A DNA stretch of 63,323 nucleotides. Origin: a virus. Its lineage: Duplodnaviria; Caudoviricetes. How positions within the stretch are numbered: position 1 is the first letter of the stretch; every line of letters starts with the position of its first letter. Position numbers and translations under genes: made by a program. Below the pieces are notes generated by a model. It saw only the letters and a list, made by a program, of their open reading frames with translations. It did not search any database and was not told the origin of the DNA. Shown here in pieces: positions 40,057-48,475 of this stretch. The stretch lies in the IMG/VR virus record IMGVR_UViG_3300035661_000064, positions 1 to 63,323 of that record; one strand, given 5' to 3'.

Positions 40057-42261
40057 ATGACATCTTCAACTGATAGCTTTTTTACAAACTATGTAAAAAG
40101 TCAATATGAAACTAATCTTCCTCCATTTAATTCAACTTCGTCATCTGCTATAAATCTGTTTATTAGAAATAGTTTGCTAGCAGATTCCAACAATTCCGTA
40201 TTTGACAAATTTGAAGAACTCGATATTCGTGATCGCTATCAATTACTTGCGCACCATTCCAGTTTAGCAATGATTAAACGTAAACAAATGGCAGATTTAT
40301 TCAACCAATTGAGACTTGAATTTGAAAATGACTTTAACGTGTATCATTTCATAGATGAGCTTTTTGAATTCTTTGCTAAAGGTGAAATTCTGACAGTTGA
40401 TGAAATACGAAACGAAATCAGTTCGTTCAGCCATGTCAATAACAATTCTGAAAACGAACTGATTGACATGCTAAACGAATTGAACGAAACAAAGCAGACT
40501 TCAAATGATCTATCAAACAGCATTCAAGGAACAATCAACGAAGCAGCCTCTTCAGTTAAAGAAAATGCTAAGAAGTTGAATGAACGAAATCTTAAGCATT
40601 ACCGTTTAAACAAACTTAACAAGCTTGCTCTTCAACCTATGGCAACTTTAAAGAAAGCTGCATCTTCAACAATCTTAGAAACATTTCTTCAAGAGAACAT
40701 CTCTAACGTTTTAATTGCACAATCTTCTGTTTTATCTGACTCTTCAAACCCATCTGATACTGTAAAGAAACTAACTTCATCTGTTGCATTAGGATTGACT
40801 TTTCAATTCAAGAAACGTTTTGAAGAAGACCCTTTAAATTCTCCTGAGCTAATGTACCAAAGCAAGTATGGAGACTCTTCATGGCATTTTATGTTAAAAC
40901 TGTCACCTAACTTTGCAGGTAAACCTGTTAGAAAAATTCGAGTTCAAATTAATCCGTTATCAGGAGTAAACGAATCTGAACTGAACATTCTCATTCCTGA
41001 GTCTTTAATACCTGATGAATCTATTATGTGGCATAAGCCTACTTATGTTCTGTTTGAATTAAACAACGTTTTTATGAGCAAGAAGAAAAACATTTCTTTC
41101 AAGTTCTTACCTAAAGAAGCGTTAGGAGGCACAGGTGAAAATCTTCCTTACATCAATGCTTTGGTTTCAGTGTTCACTTCTTATTCAGAAGAGGATAGAC
41201 TGAAAGTTCTTGCTATCTTCTACTCATTTCAATTCTATTCATCGTTTGCCAGTAAAGAGTTTAGAACTCATCTATTCACCGTTAACAACTTTATACTATT
41301 CTTAGATCAAGTAACTGAAGGCAACTCATTTCGTTATTCATTCGGAAAAATGGATGAAGTCTTCAATAAATACTTTAATCGAGACTCTAAAGAGTTTGTC
41401 ACGCTTTTAAATGACTTCTTTAATGTCAAAGTTAGAAATTACTTGCATTATCCTGCAAACATTATGAACGTAAACCGTTACACAGATGAAGCTACATGCA
41501 TCGATGACAACTATTTGCTTTCACTAGCAGATAGGGCGCACGCTCCATTGAAGAAATTTGGTGTAGGTGTTGAGTTTGATGAATTTGTTACAGCAACTAA
41601 CTCTGAAAGTTTGTTTAAATCTACTGTTCTAACTCATTTTGATAGACTAGGAAAAATCTACTCCAATCCACATATTTTCAGAACTGGCATGTATAGTGAT
41701 CCTGAAAAGTTCAAAACTTCATTAGACACGCTGATTGAACGTTGTTTAAACGATGACTATCGAGGAACATCTGGTCTGTTTGGAAGCGGAGTTTGTAATG
41801 GTACGTTAGACCTTACTAACTTAGAATTAGCATCAAAGAAGATGAAGATATCAGGAATGTTAGAACAGAACTTTGGTGTCGGATACCTTAACTCTTTAGC
41901 CACTCCTATCAAACTCATAAACGCTTATCCGCCTTTAATAAATCTTCTTTACGACTTTATTCTTGAACAATTCTTAATTGCTTCTAATGTAGATGAATTT
42001 AAACACTACATGCTAAATGAGTTTGGTTGGAATGAGTTAAAACATCAAGGAATCGATGTAGCTGTTCGGTTCAATTACTATATCTCAGATACGCTAATTA
42101 ACAATCTTGTATCAAGTTCAAATGGAATTCCAAATGCTCATCTTCAATCGTTTCAAGCGTTTACAAAGTTCTTTGATAGTAGAGAAAGTTCGCTTCAAGG
42201 TTTAATTCTACACTACTTGTATGAAGAAAGTAAAGAAACTGGAAACGCAGTAATCTTGTAA
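40057..42261 (+). CDS. Coiled-coil protein with putative C-terminal E2 (UBC-like) domain
   Basis: NPHIF (aa 537-541)...GSGVCNG (C580)...LEQNFGVGY resembles the HP(N/H)I...G.iC.G...N pattern of prokaryotic E2s; adjacent to Ubl and JAB; early promoter 40002-40013. Confidence 0.5.
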   Translation: MTSSTDSFFTNYVKSQYETNLPPFNSTSSSAINLFIRNSLLADSNNSVFDKFEELDIRDRYQLLAHHSSLAMIKRKQMADLFNQLRLEFENDFNVYHFIDELFEFFAKGEILTVDEIRNEISSFSHVNNNSENELIDMLNELNETKQTSNDLSNSIQGTINEAASSVKENAKKLNERNLKHYRLNKLNKLALQPMATLKKAASSTILETFLQENISNVLIAQSSVLSDSSNPSDTVKKLTSSVALGLTFQFKKRFEEDPLNSPELMYQSKYGDSSWHFMLKLSPNFAGKPVRKIRVQINPLSGVNESELNILIPESLIPDESIMWHKPTYVLFELNNVFMSKKKNISFKFLPKEALGGTGENLPYINALVSVFTSYSEEDRLKVLAIFYSFQFYSSFASKEFRTHLFTVNNFILFLDQVTEGNSFRYSFGKMDEVFNKYFNRDSKEFVTLLNDFFNVKVRNYLHYPANIMNVNRYTDEATCIDDNYLLSLADRAHAPLKKFGVGVEFDEFVTATNSESLFKSTVLTHFDRLGKIYSNPHIFRTGMYSDPEKFKTSLDTLIERCLNDDYRGTSGLFGSGVCNGTLDLTNLELASKKMKISGMLEQNFGVGYLNSLATPIKLINAYPPLINLLYDFILEQFLIASNVDEFKHYMLNEFGWNELKHQGIDVAVRFNYYISDTLINNLVSSSNGIPNAHLQSFQAFTKFFDSRESSLQGLILHYLYEESKETGNAVIL

Positions 42262-42276
42262 AAGTATGCATTGAAC

Positions 42277-42305
42277 TTCCCTTAGCCTTCATAGGGCTAA
42301 GGGAA
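42277..42305. terminator. Bidirectional hairpin (CCCTTAGCC family)
   Basis: TTCCCTTAGCC-TTCATAG-GGCTAAGGGAA between convergent genes. Confidence 0.7.
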
Positions 42306-42314
42306 TACAGTGTT

Positions 42315-43604
42315 CTATTTTTTACCTATTGTCAGTTTAATAGGTTTAAAGCTTGTTAGAATGTCAATCTTGCTTGTTTTAACACTCATGTCATGAAACG
42401 ACTTCAAAGAAGTATTCAAAACAGCAGAACCGATTTTAGTAGAGAGAGACCCTGCTAACTTGCTACCAAACTCATACATAGCATCACCTGCACACATGTT
42501 ACAGATTTTGTCACTAGTGCAGAAGAGAGGAGAACGAATCTCAATTGTCTGACCGACTAAAGAATCTAGAACGTCTTTCTTTAAGAGAACTAATTTATTG
42601 CTAATCTTAGCAAATCTAAGATGATACAACATTGCATCTTTCTTAGTCAAGTTAACTTTATAGAGTCTCTTTGTTCCACAATCAGACTTCCTTTCGTCTA
42701 GTACTACATGACCTAAAGAAGCATTAAGAGACTTAACAATATAACCACCTATCTGCGTTCCTACAGCTCGGTTGAAGCTAGCTGTAGTAAGCATATCATT
42801 ATATTTCCACAAGTCTTCTTTAGGTACTCCATCAACTAAATTAGCAGTAGAAATGTTCATTTGAGAAAAGTCATTACTTCTAGGAATCGCTCCTCTAGCC
42901 ATAGACGTATTCTTGTAATTGTTACCAAAGCCTTTAGAAGCTCCACTGTTATAGATAGCCATACCCGGAGTGTCCATCTTAGTTAAAGTAGTTTCAGCTA
43001 AGTTAACTAAGTCTTTTTCAACAGCTATGTAAGCATTCACGTCATTAGAAGATATAGTTTCAGCATGTTTCTTGAATGCTGCTTTTTTAGCAGCTTCAAC
43101 TTCTTTCAATGGTCTGATGGTATCAATATCAAGACTGAGACTCATGAAGCTAGCTATACCAAATCCTAACCAATGCCATCTATCAATGAACTCATGCATA
43201 ATCTTATTGTCTATTTCATCTTCAACATAAGCTAATGCAATCCTATCTTCAATAAACCCTTTAGTAGATTTATCAAAAGGTTTGTTGATGTAACCAAATA
43301 TTCGTTTAAGGACAGGATCAAAGAAAGAAAAGTAGTTAAAGACTATTCGCCCTAAGGTTGTTTCAATCTTAGTTTCAGCTATTGTAAAGCCTAAGGAAGC
43401 TAATTCTTCTTTGGTAAAAAAGATAGGATACTCGTTGTTGTACTTTTGCTTATCAGATTCAGAATATGAGAAGCTGTCAAGAAGAAATTGAAGAGTAATC
43501 TTATGAGTAGGATCTGGATTTCCTTCATCGGGAAGTATAGATTTGATAAACTCTTGTTTCTGTGCTTCAGTCACAGGAGTTTTATTTCGAATATCAGTTG
43601 CCAT
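42315..43604 (-). CDS. Phage multisubunit RNA polymerase beta' C-terminal fragment (probably virion RNAP)
   Basis: TTLGRIVFN, SGASKG, TQIGGYIVKSL (bridge helix), DCGT, IRSPLFC...ICNMCAG, LKSFH (trigger loop); a late promoter at 43633-43644 suggests the virion-packaged enzyme. Confidence 0.9.
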   Translation of the reverse strand: MATDIRNKTPVTEAQKQEFIKSILPDEGNPDPTHKITLQFLLDSFSYSESDKQKYNNEYPIFFTKEELASLGFTIAETKIETTLGRIVFNYFSFFDPVLKRIFGYINKPFDKSTKGFIEDRIALAYVEDEIDNKIMHEFIDRWHWLGFGIASFMSLSLDIDTIRPLKEVEAAKKAAFKKHAETISSNDVNAYIAVEKDLVNLAETTLTKMDTPGMAIYNSGASKGFGNNYKNTSMARGAIPRSNDFSQMNISTANLVDGVPKEDLWKYNDMLTTASFNRAVGTQIGGYIVKSLNASLGHVVLDERKSDCGTKRLYKVNLTKKDAMLYHLRFAKISNKLVLLKKDVLDSLVGQTIEIRSPLFCTSDKICNMCAGDAMYEFGSKLAGSLSTKIGSAVLNTSLKSFHDMSVKTSKIDILTSFKPIKLTIGKK

Positions 43605-43672
43605 TGGAGTTTTGCCTTTTTAGAACTTGAATCATACTTGTGTTTTTAGGTGTTTTTGCTAAACATAACTAT

Positions 43673-44035
43673 GTAGACAAAAATGCTTCTAAACTGAAGT
43701 AATTGAACGATGTACTTGATGATACGCACAGTAAACTTGTAGAACCATATTGCTTGGTAAGGGCGGTTGTTCGCCACCGAACGTCTAAACGTATCATCAC
43801 AACGAGAAAGTCTTGTTCCAAGAGCAATTAAGCTGAAACACCGGAACTTACATACTGGAACTAAGTCATCCCAATTATATTGAAACGAAGTAACAATAGC
43901 GTTTACACACCACCTGTTTTTGAAGATTGTTTCCCATGATAGGATATCCGTTCATACCTTATTCAGCTTAAACGCTGATGCTGTGCATATCACTTTACAG
44001 TGGTATGCTAGAGGGTAGCGCGAAGGTAATAATTT
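43673..44035 (+). ncRNA. Candidate large structured ncRNA (~360 nt) with possible pseudoknot
   Basis: No ORF >=60 aa in 43605-44053; own late promoter AACA-TAACTA-TG (43662-43673); helices 43717-26/43790-99, 43749-57/43818-28 (crossing), 43828-37/43962-71; hairpins 43762-75, 43801-17, 43985-44008. Confidence 0.65.
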
Positions 44036-44120
44036 TTAAAGATCAAACATATATTAATTCTCTGAATGAAACAATGTTTCGTTTAAACCCATTTTAACTT
44101 TTATAAAGGAATTTACTATT

Positions 44121-44570
44121 ATGTACAACAAACAACGTATTGCAGACACTCTGTTGATTTTAGCAAGTAACAACGCATCGGTGGTAATGTCAGGGTCAGC
44201 GGCATTAGTGTTAAAGGATATCATTCCGTACGCGAATGACCTAGATATGTTTACGTTTGATAATTTTTCATTTTGGAAAGTCGTAGAGCTTTTCAAACTG
44301 AAAATCATTGAAAACACGGATATCACGACAAAGTCGTCCCTGTACGCGCATATCGAAACTAAAGATACCGACATCGAGATTTCATTTAACGATGAAACTT
44401 CGACCGATCCAATCGGTCTATTCTTAGAACAGTTTGCAAAACCGGAGAGACCTTACGTCACCTCCTTAGAGGAGACTATTAAGTTCTACGAGGAGGTCAT
44501 CAAGACTACTCGGAAAGACCCTACCAAGTTTGAAAATCGAATTCAGTTAATTAAAGACCATCTGAAATAA
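44121..44570 (+). CDS. Minimal Pol-beta-superfamily nucleotidyltransferase
   Basis: VVMSGSAAL...NDLDMF (GS-x-DxD) and later DIEIS; early promoter 44045-44056. Confidence 0.7.
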   Translation: MYNKQRIADTLLILASNNASVVMSGSAALVLKDIIPYANDLDMFTFDNFSFWKVVELFKLKIIENTDITTKSSLYAHIETKDTDIEISFNDETSTDPIGLFLEQFAKPERPYVTSLEETIKFYEEVIKTTRKDPTKFENRIQLIKDHLK

Positions 44571-44600
44571 GTCGGTTTACGTGGTGGGAAACAATGAATT

Positions 44601-44697
44601 GTATATAGTCAGTACGACCTTGTCACCAAAGGCGAATTTAACGAAGTAGCGGTTTTACTTCAATACATAAACCTTCTTAGGAGGTTTATGTTTTTTT
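44601..44697 (+). ncRNA. Candidate small RNA (~95 nt)
   Basis: Late promoter AACA-ATGAAT-TG (44590-44601), three small hairpins, then terminator ACATAAACCTTC-TTA-GGAGGTTTATGT with T-tract; no ORF. Confidence 0.4.
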
Positions 44698-44719
44698 CAT
44701 TCATGAGGACGAAACACTA

Positions 44720-45061
44720 ATGAAACTAGCCATAATTATTAAAGGCAATGCCAATATTATCTCTCTTCCTAGGTGGAGATCAAAAGCTAACAAATTCTAC
44801 TCTGAAATTGAAGAAATTCTAATCAAACGGGGTTATTCGGTTGAATTTGATCCGGGTTTAGATTTCACTAAACCAAAAGAAGCCGATTTATACGTTGCAC
44901 ATTCTCGCGGGATGAGTCGTTTGCAATACACTGATCCTAACGTACCGAGAATATATGTTGACGATTTCCTTCCAAAAGATCACCTAGATCTTTACGGTAA
45001 ACCACAAGATGCACATTTTATAGTAAGTGACAGTTTACGAGCTGAATTAGAACGGTGTTAG
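44720..45061 (+). CDS. Small hypothetical protein (possible alpha/beta-hydrolase-like)
   Basis: GAGG RBS; VAHSRG nucleophile-elbow-like motif and C-terminal DAHF. Confidence 0.45.
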   Translation: MKLAIIIKGNANIISLPRWRSKANKFYSEIEEILIKRGYSVEFDPGLDFTKPKEADLYVAHSRGMSRLQYTDPNVPRIYVDDFLPKDHLDLYGKPQDAHFIVSDSLRAELERC

Positions 45062-45125
45062 GGGATATTCATCTCTTTACGCTCACATCGAAACTTTTGA
45101 AAACCTTATAAAGACCATCTGAAAA
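45055..45125 (+). pseudogene. Collapsed relic of a nucleotidyltransferase paralog
   Basis: 45072-45095 encodes SLYAHIET like 44337-44360 with only synonymous differences; TAAAGACCATCTGAAA also matches 44552-44567. Confidence 0.6.
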
Positions 45126-45219
45126 AATAACATTGAAAAGTAGCTAGAGATAGCTACTTTTTTTAAGTTGAGTAATGTTAGCAAAAAAATGAAGCCTATT
45201 AAGGCTTCATTTAAAAGGT

Positions 45220-45684
45220 TTACACGATTGGTTGATCTACAAAATCTACAGCATAAACAATTGAAGTTTTTTGGTTTGTACAAGAAGCATAACGAACAAG
45301 CTCTTTTTCTTGCTGACTAACAAGTTTAGACATGCAACCACCAATGTCAAGTTGATCCGTTCCTTCGCTAGGATACAAGAACGAATGAATTTCACAATAA
45401 TCAATATCATAGAATTTTACAAGTGTCATATTAGACATTACGGGTCTTAGAAACATTTGCTTGTCAGCTGGTGTTGCTGAATCAGTAAAACAGTTTTCAA
45501 TTCCTAACCATTGTTCAAATGATGATTTAAACAGCTTCAAATGGCTTTCTAAGTAGGCTAACTCTAACGAAGAAGGTTCACTTCTAAGCTTCGTTGGATA
45601 CTGGTCTACTGCTGCTTTTGCTGATACTAGACCTTCTAGACTTTTTCTAACTAGACTGATTGTCATTTCATCTTCCTTAAACAT
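45220..45684 (-). CDS. Hypothetical early protein
   Basis: 154-aa ORF; early promoter 45746-45757. Confidence 0.6.
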   Translation of the reverse strand: MFKEDEMTISLVRKSLEGLVSAKAAVDQYPTKLRSEPSSLELAYLESHLKLFKSSFEQWLGIENCFTDSATPADKQMFLRPVMSNMTLVKFYDIDYCEIHSFLYPSEGTDQLDIGGCMSKLVSQQEKELVRYASCTNQKTSIVYAVDFVDQPIV

Positions 45685-45802
45685 GTTAATTACAAGGGTT
45701 TAGGTTAAGAAATAATCAGTGATTTATTGCTTGAACCTATTCAATTAATATATGTTTGAAAAAAAGAAGAACCCTAAGGCTCTTCTTCTCCAATAAGTAC
45801 GG

Positions 45803-46093
45803 CTACCAACCGTACTTGTTTACCCCCACCTGTTTGAGGAAGAATTCTTCCACGTCCTGATATCCGTCAATATCAGCGGCTGTCCAATCACCAGCGTAGG
45901 CGAAATAGAGGAGTTCTTGGTGGCCTTCTTGCCCAACGTCGATTTTCACAGTGGCGACTAAGTAGCCATTGATTGTATCGGCAAAACCACTCATCAACTT
46001 CTGCATTTCCCCCCAACTCGAAATCTCGACTGGTAGGGTTGCTCTCAAAGCTCCAATTGCAATGTGGATCTTGCGAACGGTAGAAGTAGTCAT
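45803..46093 (-). CDS. Small early protein, paralog A
   Basis: GGAGG RBS; MTTSTVRKIHI...EEFFLKQVGVNKYGW. Confidence 0.8.
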   Translation of the reverse strand: MTTSTVRKIHIAIGALRATLPVEISSWGEMQKLMSGFADTINGYLVATVKIDVGQEGHQELLYFAYAGDWTAADIDGYQDVEEFFLKQVGVNKYGW

Positions 46094-46175
46094 GATACAC
46101 CTCCATTAAATGAATGAAGTCTTACATCTCGAAAGGAACGCTCCTGTATGTATCACCTAAATAATATATGTTTGA
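46091..46175 (-). promoter_or_regulatory. Early promoter plus structured 5' leader, copy 1 of 3
   Basis: CAAACATATATTATTTAGGTGATACATACAGGAGCGTTCCTTTCGAGATGTAAGACTTCATTCATTTAATGGAGGTGTATCATG (- strand). Confidence 0.8.
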
Positions 46176-46196
46176 TTTCAGAGGGTTCGTAGAAGT

Positions 46197-46300
46197 TTAG
46201 CTACACTGAATGCCATGTAAAGTAATAGCGCTTTACGATAACGAAGATTAACACTCTCTTTAACATCATCTCCATACTGTAAACGAATGAAGTATTCAAG
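46197..46300 (-). pseudogene. Duplicated 3' fragment of the 384-aa gene with a 16-bp deletion
   Basis: Matches 46751-46870; deletion lies between ACTGAA direct repeats. Confidence 0.85.
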
Positions 46301-46357
46301 TAATGTATGCTTGAAAAAAAGAAGAACCCTAAGGTTCTTCTTCTCCAATAAGTACGG

Positions 46358-46648
46358 CTACCAACCGTACTTATTGATCCCAACCTGTTTGAGGAAGAAC
46401 TCCTCTACAGTTTGGAAACCTTCAATGTTAGCAGCGCACCAAGCGCCGCCATAACTGAAGAATAACAGCTCACGATGGGGTTCTTGTTTGAACCCCACGT
46501 CCATCTTTACAGTGGACACTGACGACCCATCGATTGACGAATTGTTCAACAGGGTCTGCAATGCAGACCAACTGGCGATTTCAATCGGCAATTCAATCGT
46601 CATTGAACCACTGTTGATGTGGATCTTGCGAACGGTAGAAGTAGTCAT
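46358..46648 (-). CDS. Small early protein, paralog B
   Basis: GGAGG RBS; MTTSTVRKIHI...EEFFLKQVGINKYGW. Confidence 0.8.
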   Translation of the reverse strand: MTTSTVRKIHINSGSMTIELPIEIASWSALQTLLNNSSIDGSSVSTVKMDVGFKQEPHRELLFFSYGGAWCAANIEGFQTVEEFFLKQVGINKYGW

Positions 46649-46729
46649 GATACACCTCCATAAATGAATGAAGTCTTACATCTCGAAAGGAAAGCTTCTA
46701 TATGTATCACCTAAATAATATATGTTTGA
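46646..46729 (-). promoter_or_regulatory. Early promoter plus structured 5' leader, copy 2 of 3
   Basis: Near-identical to 46091-46175. Confidence 0.8.
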
Positions 46730-46750
46730 TTTCAGAGGGTTCGTAGAAGT

Positions 46751-47905
46751 TTAGCTACACTGAAACTCTTGAATACTGAATGTCATGTACAGTAATAGTG
46801 CTTTACGATAACGAAGATTAACACTCTCTTTAACATCATCTCCATACTGTAAACGAATGAAGTATTCAAGACCATCTCTGATAGATACGATGTTACTGTC
46901 AGTTATGTTGATTTTGTTAAATGTAGAAATTGCAAAAGCTACAAATTGATCACTGCACATAATTCGAGTATCTGAAGTTCCATTCTTTTCTAACACTGCC
47001 CCTAACATTCCTGCTACTACAAATTCTAAATGATCTGAATTGTCCTCTTTAACAATTTCAATCAAACGCATTAAGTTTGATTCACTTGCTAAAGGTTCAA
47101 ACTCATGAGCTAATCTAAGACCCTTTTTGTTTATTGCAGCTGAAGTAAACCAAAGTCTAAAGTTTTGAGCAAATCTAGCAATTGTATTACTCCTAGTCTC
47201 TCGCTCAATTTCAAACTCACCTTCTTCACCTGTAGCAGTAGACGAATCAACTTTCATGTAAAGATTGTGAGTATAGTTGTGCTTAAATTCATCATACACA
47301 TTCTTAATGAACGAGTTAACACGAGTTCTAAAACCTTCCATGTATTCAAACATGTCATTATCTACGTTTGAGAGAAGTCTCGGTTTGTAGTTCTCTAATA
47401 CTGATTCAGATAACTTGCTTAAAGCTCTTTGAAGTGTTCCTAGACGTTTAATATCATACTTGTTAGAGAGATTATTTACTGTATAGTCCATTACTTCAAC
47501 TTTAGCACTGCCATGTGTAAAGTATGTAAGGTACAAAAGAGAATAAAGCTTTAAGACTGTATATGCTAGTACAGCGTTTAGCATCTTTTCATTTTTAGTT
47601 TCTAAGTAGTATTTAGCTGCAAGAATTAACCTCAAATAGAATGACTCACTCTTAAATGACTTTGCTACAGGTTTCATATCTGTCGACAGCTCCATTACAC
47701 TAGTGTATTCAGATTCAATTCCACTAGTTAATTGGTAGATAGGCGTATTACTTAGTAGTGGTCTTTGATACAATCCTGCTGCTGAAAGTATTGTATGGTT
47801 TTGATGAAAAATCTCTGTTAGCTCAGAAACAAATTTATCTTGAGCGGATTTGTTTGCAAGATTACTCTTTATTCTGTTGTAAAGAGGTAAGAATTCTTTT
47901 GACAT
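46751..47905 (-). CDS. Putative virion protein (late)
   Basis: 384-aa helical ORF; late promoter 47936-47947. Confidence 0.5.
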   Translation of the reverse strand: MSKEFLPLYNRIKSNLANKSAQDKFVSELTEIFHQNHTILSAAGLYQRPLLSNTPIYQLTSGIESEYTSVMELSTDMKPVAKSFKSESFYLRLILAAKYYLETKNEKMLNAVLAYTVLKLYSLLYLTYFTHGSAKVEVMDYTVNNLSNKYDIKRLGTLQRALSKLSESVLENYKPRLLSNVDNDMFEYMEGFRTRVNSFIKNVYDEFKHNYTHNLYMKVDSSTATGEEGEFEIERETRSNTIARFAQNFRLWFTSAAINKKGLRLAHEFEPLASESNLMRLIEIVKEDNSDHLEFVVAGMLGAVLEKNGTSDTRIMCSDQFVAFAISTFNKINITDSNIVSIRDGLEYFIRLQYGDDVKESVNLRYRKALLLYMTFSIQEFQCS

Positions 47906-47986
47906 TATGTTTCAGTCCTTGATTGTGGATAAGATCATTACTGTGTTGCTGCTATAAAAAAGAGAGGATTGCTCCTCTCTTAATTT

Positions 47987-48217
47987 CTACACGACTTTGT
48001 TAGTCATGTAGAAGTCGAATGCTGCTTGAGCGTTCGATTCATTTAGTTCGCGATGTTCATTAAGTGAACTAATGCCGTAACCCAAGCGGGCTACTGCATT
48101 AGTGTATCCGCTCCAAATCCCTTTTTCAGGGATTGTTACTTTTCCACCTGACGGCATCATAACTGTGTAGCAAGCTTTTTTAGAGCCTGCTACTTTGATG
48201 AATACTTTCTTTGCCAT
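47987..48217 (-). CDS. Small hypothetical protein (76 aa, MAKKVFIKV...)
   Basis: AGGAG RBS before ATG 48217; the longer 111-aa ORF call is unlikely. Confidence 0.7.
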   Translation of the reverse strand: MAKKVFIKVAGSKKACYTVMMPSGGKVTIPEKGIWSGYTNAVARLGYGISSLNEHRELNESNAQAAFDFYMTNKVV

Positions 48218-48257
48218 TTGTATAATACTCCTATGATATAAAGGGGGGGAAAGAGAA

Positions 48258-48326
48258 TTAGCAGCGTTTCCAGCTGCGTATGATTTGCGTGGTTGGCATA
48301 GGGGGTAATCTAGGAAATCCAAACAT
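48258..48326 (-). CDS. 22-aa micropeptide MFGFPRLPPMPTTQIIRSWKRC
   Basis: Starts at the ATG of leader copy 3 (GGAGGTGTATCATG). Confidence 0.5.
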   Translation of the reverse strand: MFGFPRLPPMPTTQIIRSWKRC

Positions 48327-48407
48327 GATACACCTCCATTAAATGAATGAAGTCTTACATCTCGAAAGGAACGCTTCTGTATGTATCACCTAAATAATGT
48401 ATGTTTG
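48324..48407 (-). promoter_or_regulatory. Early promoter (variant) plus structured 5' leader, copy 3 of 3
   Basis: Near-identical to 46091-46175 but in front of an unrelated ORF. Confidence 0.8.
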
Positions 48408-48475
48408 TTTCTAACAAAACCGTAAAATAACAATAGTCTTGTTTAGGGACTATTGTTATTCAAGTTAAATAAACA

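Larger units (their letters stand above)
45746..46870. repeat. Tandem duplication, units 45746-46300 and 46301-46870
   Basis: Near-identical terminator, leader, promoter, ORF ends and a copied 3' end of the 384-aa gene; diverged ORF middles. Confidence 0.9.

Noticed and set aside
43673-44035. tmRNA, RNase P RNA or group I intron identity for the large RNA
   Set aside because: No tRNA-like ends, T-loop or terminal CCA; GAAAGUC lies only ~30 nt from the possible CR-V-like segment; no interrupted gene or convincing P7 core.
44601-44667. Canonical tRNA
   Set aside because: Only a 4-bp closing stem, no TTCRA T-loop, no 7-nt anticodon loop; kept only as a small-RNA candidate.
46201-46383. 60-aa ORF
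   Set aside because: Chance frame spanning a terminator and the duplicated pseudogene fragment.
48218-48322. N-terminal 35 aa of the 111-aa ORF call
   Set aside because: The leader ATG is in another frame (22-aa peptide), and a separate AGGAG RBS supports the start at 48217.
45746-48407. CRISPR array
   Set aside because: Repeats are 85-570 bp, enclose genes and are irregularly spaced; no cas genes. No CRISPR array was seen anywhere in the window.
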